A stretch of DNA of 64,000 nt from the human T2T-CHM13v2.0 reference genome, Homo sapiens. A program made the translations under genes and the position numbers. Every line of letters starts with the position of its first letter. The first letter of the stretch is position 1. The notes beneath the pieces were generated by a model. That model had not been told where the DNA came from and ran no database searches. It saw nothing but the letters and a program-made list of their open reading frames with translations. The stretch lies in NCBI RefSeq assembly GCF_009914755.1, contig NC_060939.1; one strand, given 5' to 3'. Of this stretch, positions 54,164 to 64,000 are shown in pieces.

Positions 54164-59120
<4,957 letters not shown>

Positions 59121-59836
59121 GGCTAGAATGGTCCATAATATATAGCCAGCTCGAGTCCCAGAAAACCTAGCAAGCTTAAGGTTAGAGCTTCTCATTTTGG
59201 CCTTTTCAAGATTAAATCTCCTTTAGTAGGCCCTTCCCCTCTAGGGAGGTACTTGCCGGAGTGCTGCCTGAAGTTGGTTTTCTGATGCCCTGTTGTTTCT
59301 GTTCTGAATGGTTTATTTCTCATTATAAGAGCTCAGCAAAGCAGGCAGAGTTAAAAAGCAGAGACATGAAGGCTTTAAAATCATGGACTTCACTCCTACA
59401 CTGAATCTCAGGTCCCCAGAAAGACAGAAACACCATGGGACCACAGCAAAGGCAGAAGGAGGAGTGAGAGAGGGAGGTGGACAGAACAACAAACAGGAGT
59501 TGGCTCTCATTTTTTCACGCGTGCCATTTTCTTTAGGTTTTTCTAGTTTATGGAGTCTCTTTGTTCCAATTGAGCACACAGATAAACTAGAGATCTCACA
59601 AGGCTTTTGCTGAGAACATCAAAGCCTTTAACCTCTGTTGGGCCAAATATTTAGACCAAAAATACAGACAGACACACAAAAGCCAGAACCGGACCAGATT
59701 GAGTAGCTTAGTGGCTACAGCCTTTATTCCCTTTATTCTTTAGGATACGAACTCAAACCAGATTCAGGGTTCTAACCCAACCAGGACCCCCCTGGGGTGA
59801 AACTGAAACCCCACAGTCTAGACAAGGTTGGGGGTC

Positions 59837-60137
<301 letters not shown>

Positions 60138-60260
60138 TGCTTGTTCTTTTCATTTCATCCTGATCTCCGAATACAGGAGAGTAGCTGATTTGGTGTTCAC
60201 TAACAAGCACAGAAGCTTTGTTACATTTACAGTGTCATTCTTGGCAAAACCTGAAGTTTT

Positions 60261-60473
60261 GCCTCCTGGATTCACGCCATTCTCCTGCCTCAGCCTCCTG
60301 AGTAGCTGGGACTATAGGCGCCCGCCACCTCACCCAGCTAATTTTTTGTATTTTTAGTAGAGACGGGGTTTTGCCGTGTTAGCCAGGATGGTCTCGATCT
60401 CCTGACCTTGTGATCCGCCCACCTCGGCCTTCCAGAGTGCTGGGATTACAGGCGTGAGCCACCGCGCCCAGCC
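60261..60473 (-). mobile_element. AluY-like element truncated in its right arm (no tail)
   Basis: Begins abruptly at GCCTCCTGGATTCACGCCATTC. Carries the AluY-type CCGTGTTAGCCAGGATGGTCTCGATC. Confidence 0.9.
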
Positions 60474-63400
60474 AGAAGCTCTAATTTCAATGATGATTGT
60501 GCTTTTTCTCTCTTCCTCAGCATCTGGCTCATGATAAAATTTCAGGTGTCTTGATGGTATCTAAATCAGTTGTTGATTCAGTCCTGGAGAAACACAAGCA
60601 TAACCTCTATGCCAAGTTATAATTTTACCTATTTCCCAACTTTTTGTTATTGGATCTCTCCACCAAACCAGTTGGTCTGCTTCTGTCTTTGCAGCTGGTT
60701 TCTGTAGATGCTGTTCAGCTGCTGGTAACATCTGGCCTTTGGGCAGGCTCAAAAATTTGAAAGTTAATAATGCAAGATTCAATTGTGTATGGGCTATCCC
60801 ATAATCCCTGTTTCTCCCCCGTTTTTGTTTTTATTATCAGTTGTTCATCTGTATCAAATCTTAACTGAGCATTTTCAATTAACTGTGTGGAATGACCCAT
60901 GTATGAAGAATCAGAAATCACATTAACAGGCATATCAAAAGCAGTCAACACCTCAATTACAGCTACAAGCTCCGCCTTTTGAGCTGAAGTATAGGGTGTC
61001 TGGAAAACTTTAGCTTTTGATCCAGAATAAGAACCTTTACCATTACTAGACCCATCTGTGAAACAATGAAAACGCTTAGCAGGCTGCAGGTTGTTTACTG
61101 CAGGAATTGTAAATGCAAACCGTTCACAGTCTTGCTCAGCTAAAAGGATAGTAAAGAAACAGTCTTTTAAATCTGTGATTATTAAAGGCCAATTTTTTGG
61201 AATTATAGTAGAGAAGGGAATCCTGGCTGTTATATTTCCATAGGTTGTATAACTGAATTGATGGCTCTTAAGTCAGTTAACATTCTCCATTTACCTGATT
61301 TTTTCTTAATTATGAAAACTGGAGAATTCCAAGGGGAAAATGTTGGAGTCATGTGCCCATTTTCTAATTGTTCAGTAACTAATTTCTCTAAAGCATCCAG
61401 TTTCCCTTTGCTTAGCAGCCATTATTCTATCCAAATTGGCTTATCTGTTAACCATTTTAAAGGTATAGGTTCTGGAGGCTTAACTATGGCCACCATCAAA
61501 AATGGTATCCTAATCTTTGGCAGGAACTTTGTCTTTCCGTTTGAAGCAGTTCTTTCAAACCTTGCAATTTTTTTTCTACTCCTATACCAGGGAAATGCCC
61601 CATTTTGTGCATCATATGTTGACTTTGAGGGCTGTATAATTGTTATGGAATTAGAACTTGTGCTCCCCATTGTCATAATAAATCTCTCCCCCATAAATTT
61701 ATAGGTACAGAAGTTGCAATTGGTTGAACAGTCCCAGGTTGTCCATTGGGCCCTTCACAATGCAAAGTATAGCTACTCTGATACACTTCTGGAGCTTTAG
61801 CAGTTTCCACTGTGTTAAATTGAGTGGGCTGAATTGGCCACATGGACGGCCAGTGCTGTAGAGAAATAATTGAAATGTCCACTCCTACCAAAAAAAAAAA
61901 AATAGTATCTACCAAACCTTTAAAGTTCTTTCCCTGGATAGTTATTTCACAGGTAGGATGTTTATCAGTAATTTGATTTACCCAATAAGCTGCCTTGCCT
62001 TTTTTATTTGTGCTTCCAAATCCTCCAGTTCATTTAATTTCACTTTTTCCCATTCCCACATACGGCTCACTCAGGAGCTGTGCTATGCGCACTCCTGGCT
62101 GTGCTTTCCAGGGAACAGAACTAAATATCACAATTTGAATTTCCTCATTGTAATCTGAATCAATGACTCCAGTGTGTATTTGTACCCCTTTTAAACTTAA
62201 ACTAGACCTTCCTAAAAGTAATCCCATTGTCCCTCCTGGCAACGGTCCACAGACTCCTGTTGGGACCTTTTGCGGGGGTTCCCCAGGCAGAAGGCTCACA
62301 GCTTTTGTGCAGCATAGATCTACTGCAGCACTATGGGCTGTGGTGGGGAAAGATAACGTATGGGGGTGAGGGAATGGCCTGAGATGGAAATGCCCTGGTT
62401 TAGAACAGGGCCTGGGATGGGCCCCTCAGGGAGTTTTCCAAAATCGGGTTCCCTTCTTTATCAAACTTAGAGTGACACTGATTAGCCCAAAGTTTTCCTT
62501 TTTTACATTTTGGACATATTTCAGGATCAGCAGTTTTGTTTTTTCCCCTATCTGGTGGCCTGACTCGGTGATTTTTTTTTTTTACATTCTTTTTAGTATG
62601 ACCATGCTTCCCACAGTTAAAACAAGCTCCAGGAAATAGAGTATTTCCTTTATCCACTCTCAGTCCTGCCATCGCCTGTGCCAACAAAGTAGCTTTATGT
62701 AGATTATCTCTGATATCATCACAGGCCTTGTTATAATCAACTAAATGTGTTTTCCCTCTGATAGGTCGCAGAGCAGCCTGGCAATAAGGATTAGCATTGT
62801 CAAAACCAATAACTGCAACACTATATCCTAAGCAGCCAAATCTGCAATCATCTTTTTAAGAGACTCCTGTAACCAAGCTATAAAATCCACATATGGTTCT
62901 CTTGGTCCCTGTTTTATAGCACTAAAGGAAGGGTATTGTTCTCCACATGAAGTGATTTATTCCAAGCTCTAATGCACACTTCTCTAAGCTGTTCTATGGC
63001 ATCATCCTGCATGACCACTTGTGCATGTAAACCAGCCCAGCCACCAACCCCCAAAAGTTGGTCTGCAGTTATATTAATTTGAGGTTGGGCCCAGGCATTG
63101 CGAGCAGCCTGAATGGAAGCTTCATCTGCCTACTAAGTTTTAAATTGTAAGAACTGAGCAGGAGTTAGACAAGCTAGAGTAAAAGTGTCCCAGTCAGTAG
63201 GAATCATCCGACTGGAAACAGCAACATTCTTTAACAGTCCCATTTCAAAAGGAGAACCTGGTCCATACTGATTTATAGCTTGTTTAATTTTTTTGAGTAA
63301 TTTAAAAGGAAAAGGCTCAAATGTAGCTATAATATTTCCCTGTTGATCTGGGGGGTGTATTCAAACAGGGAACTGCCAAGCCTCTAAATCCCACTTTTGT

Positions 63401-63868
63401 CTAGCTTGCTGTATTCCTGCCTGAATAGAACTAAGAGCAGTCGCTCAAGGCGCTGCTCGAACAGTCACCAGGGCAACTACTTTTCACCCAGTGTCCTCCA
63501 GAAAAGAAAGATCTGGAGGGTCGTTTTCTTCAAAATAGTAATGAGGGTGTGCAGAAGGATAGGGATGAACCTCTCCCTCCTTTTCTGCTTTAGCTTTAGG
63601 TGACAAATAAACCTGGTCTGTAACCTCTACTGTTACTTTGTTATACTCTCCTTCCTCCTCATCATCAGTGTGAAAAAGTTCCAAGGTAGAACGAACCACA
63701 GCCCACACTTGTCCTATTGCTACCCTGATGCTTCCGAGCTCCCCTTCTTACTCACCACGGGGATTGCTTTAAGAGTACTCGGGTGTCCTCCAGCTAGTTC
63801 CACATTCTCCAATCGTTGCTCCAGCGATCCTTTGACCTGTATTTGAGCCCCCATGAATGGGCACCACT
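60474..63868 (-). mobile_element. HERV-K9 (HML-3) internal region: defective gag-pro(dUTPase)-pol, env lost
   Basis: Gag begins ATA GGA CAA GTG TGG at 63717 (start codon mutated). NC knuckles CFNCGKHGH and CPKCKKG. dUTPase GLLLGRSSLSLKGVQIHTGVIDSDY, protease ..INLWGRDLL, RT start PIPLKWLTDKPIWIE, RNaseH FTDGS, IN C-term VWWRDP...WHRGYACVSP. Degenerate Lys-type PBS at ~63848-63866. Confidence 0.9.
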
Positions 63869-64000
63869 TGCTGAGACCAGGTCGGTTGGAGAGACCCTAA
63901 CCCAGCAGCACTAGAGGAATTAAAGACACACACACAGAAATATAGAGGTGTGAAGTGGGAAATCGGGGGGGGGGGGCGGGTCTTACAGCCTTCAGAGCAG
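63869..64000 (-). mobile_element. MER9 5' LTR (U5 end; continues beyond window)
   Basis: Reverse complement reads TTTCCCACTTCACACCTCTATATTTCTGTGTGTGTGTCTTTAATTCCTCTAG...GGTCTCAGCA, adjacent to the PBS. Confidence 0.85.

Noticed and set aside
63965-63980. Long G run in the MER9 LTR
   Set aside because: A simple homopolymer expansion or sequencing error, with no evidence of function.

Overview
Primate (most likely human or great-ape) pericentromeric/acrocentric-type segmental-duplication mosaic. No intact protein-coding gene and nothing prokaryotic. Left end: a CpG-rich promoter and coding exon 1 of an ANKRD20A-family gene, with no further ANKRD20A exons visible. Next come a rearranged SNX18 processed pseudogene, whose PX fragment sits in a ~640-bp tandem unit with internal inverted arms, an MST MaLR element, a G-rich minisatellite, and a 48-bp CER satellite array that ends in a MaLR LTR. 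The middle is old L1, a near full-length Tigger1, MLT1, ~34 Alus and a two-LTR MER57-type ERV1 provirus. A second CpG-island promoter at ~39.8 kb drives ZNF717-type exons 1-2 on the minus strand, with no KRAB or zinc-finger exons seen; from memory the same leader heads TEKT4P2/MAFIP chimeric transcripts. The right third is nested: an L1, an ERV1 provirus, a 5'UTR-spliced L1PA (SpIRE), an Alu-bounded scar carrying an inverted copy of unique sequence from 27.6 kb, and a deleted HERV-K9 (HML-3) provirus. Most listed ORFs are repeat artefacts. I cannot claim a new biological system. The strongest leads are a possible LTR origin of the CER satellite, promoter/exon shuffling, the SNX18-derived inverted-repeat array, the SpIRE and the Alu scar. 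Family names come from recognition, not database searches, and some boundaries are approximate.
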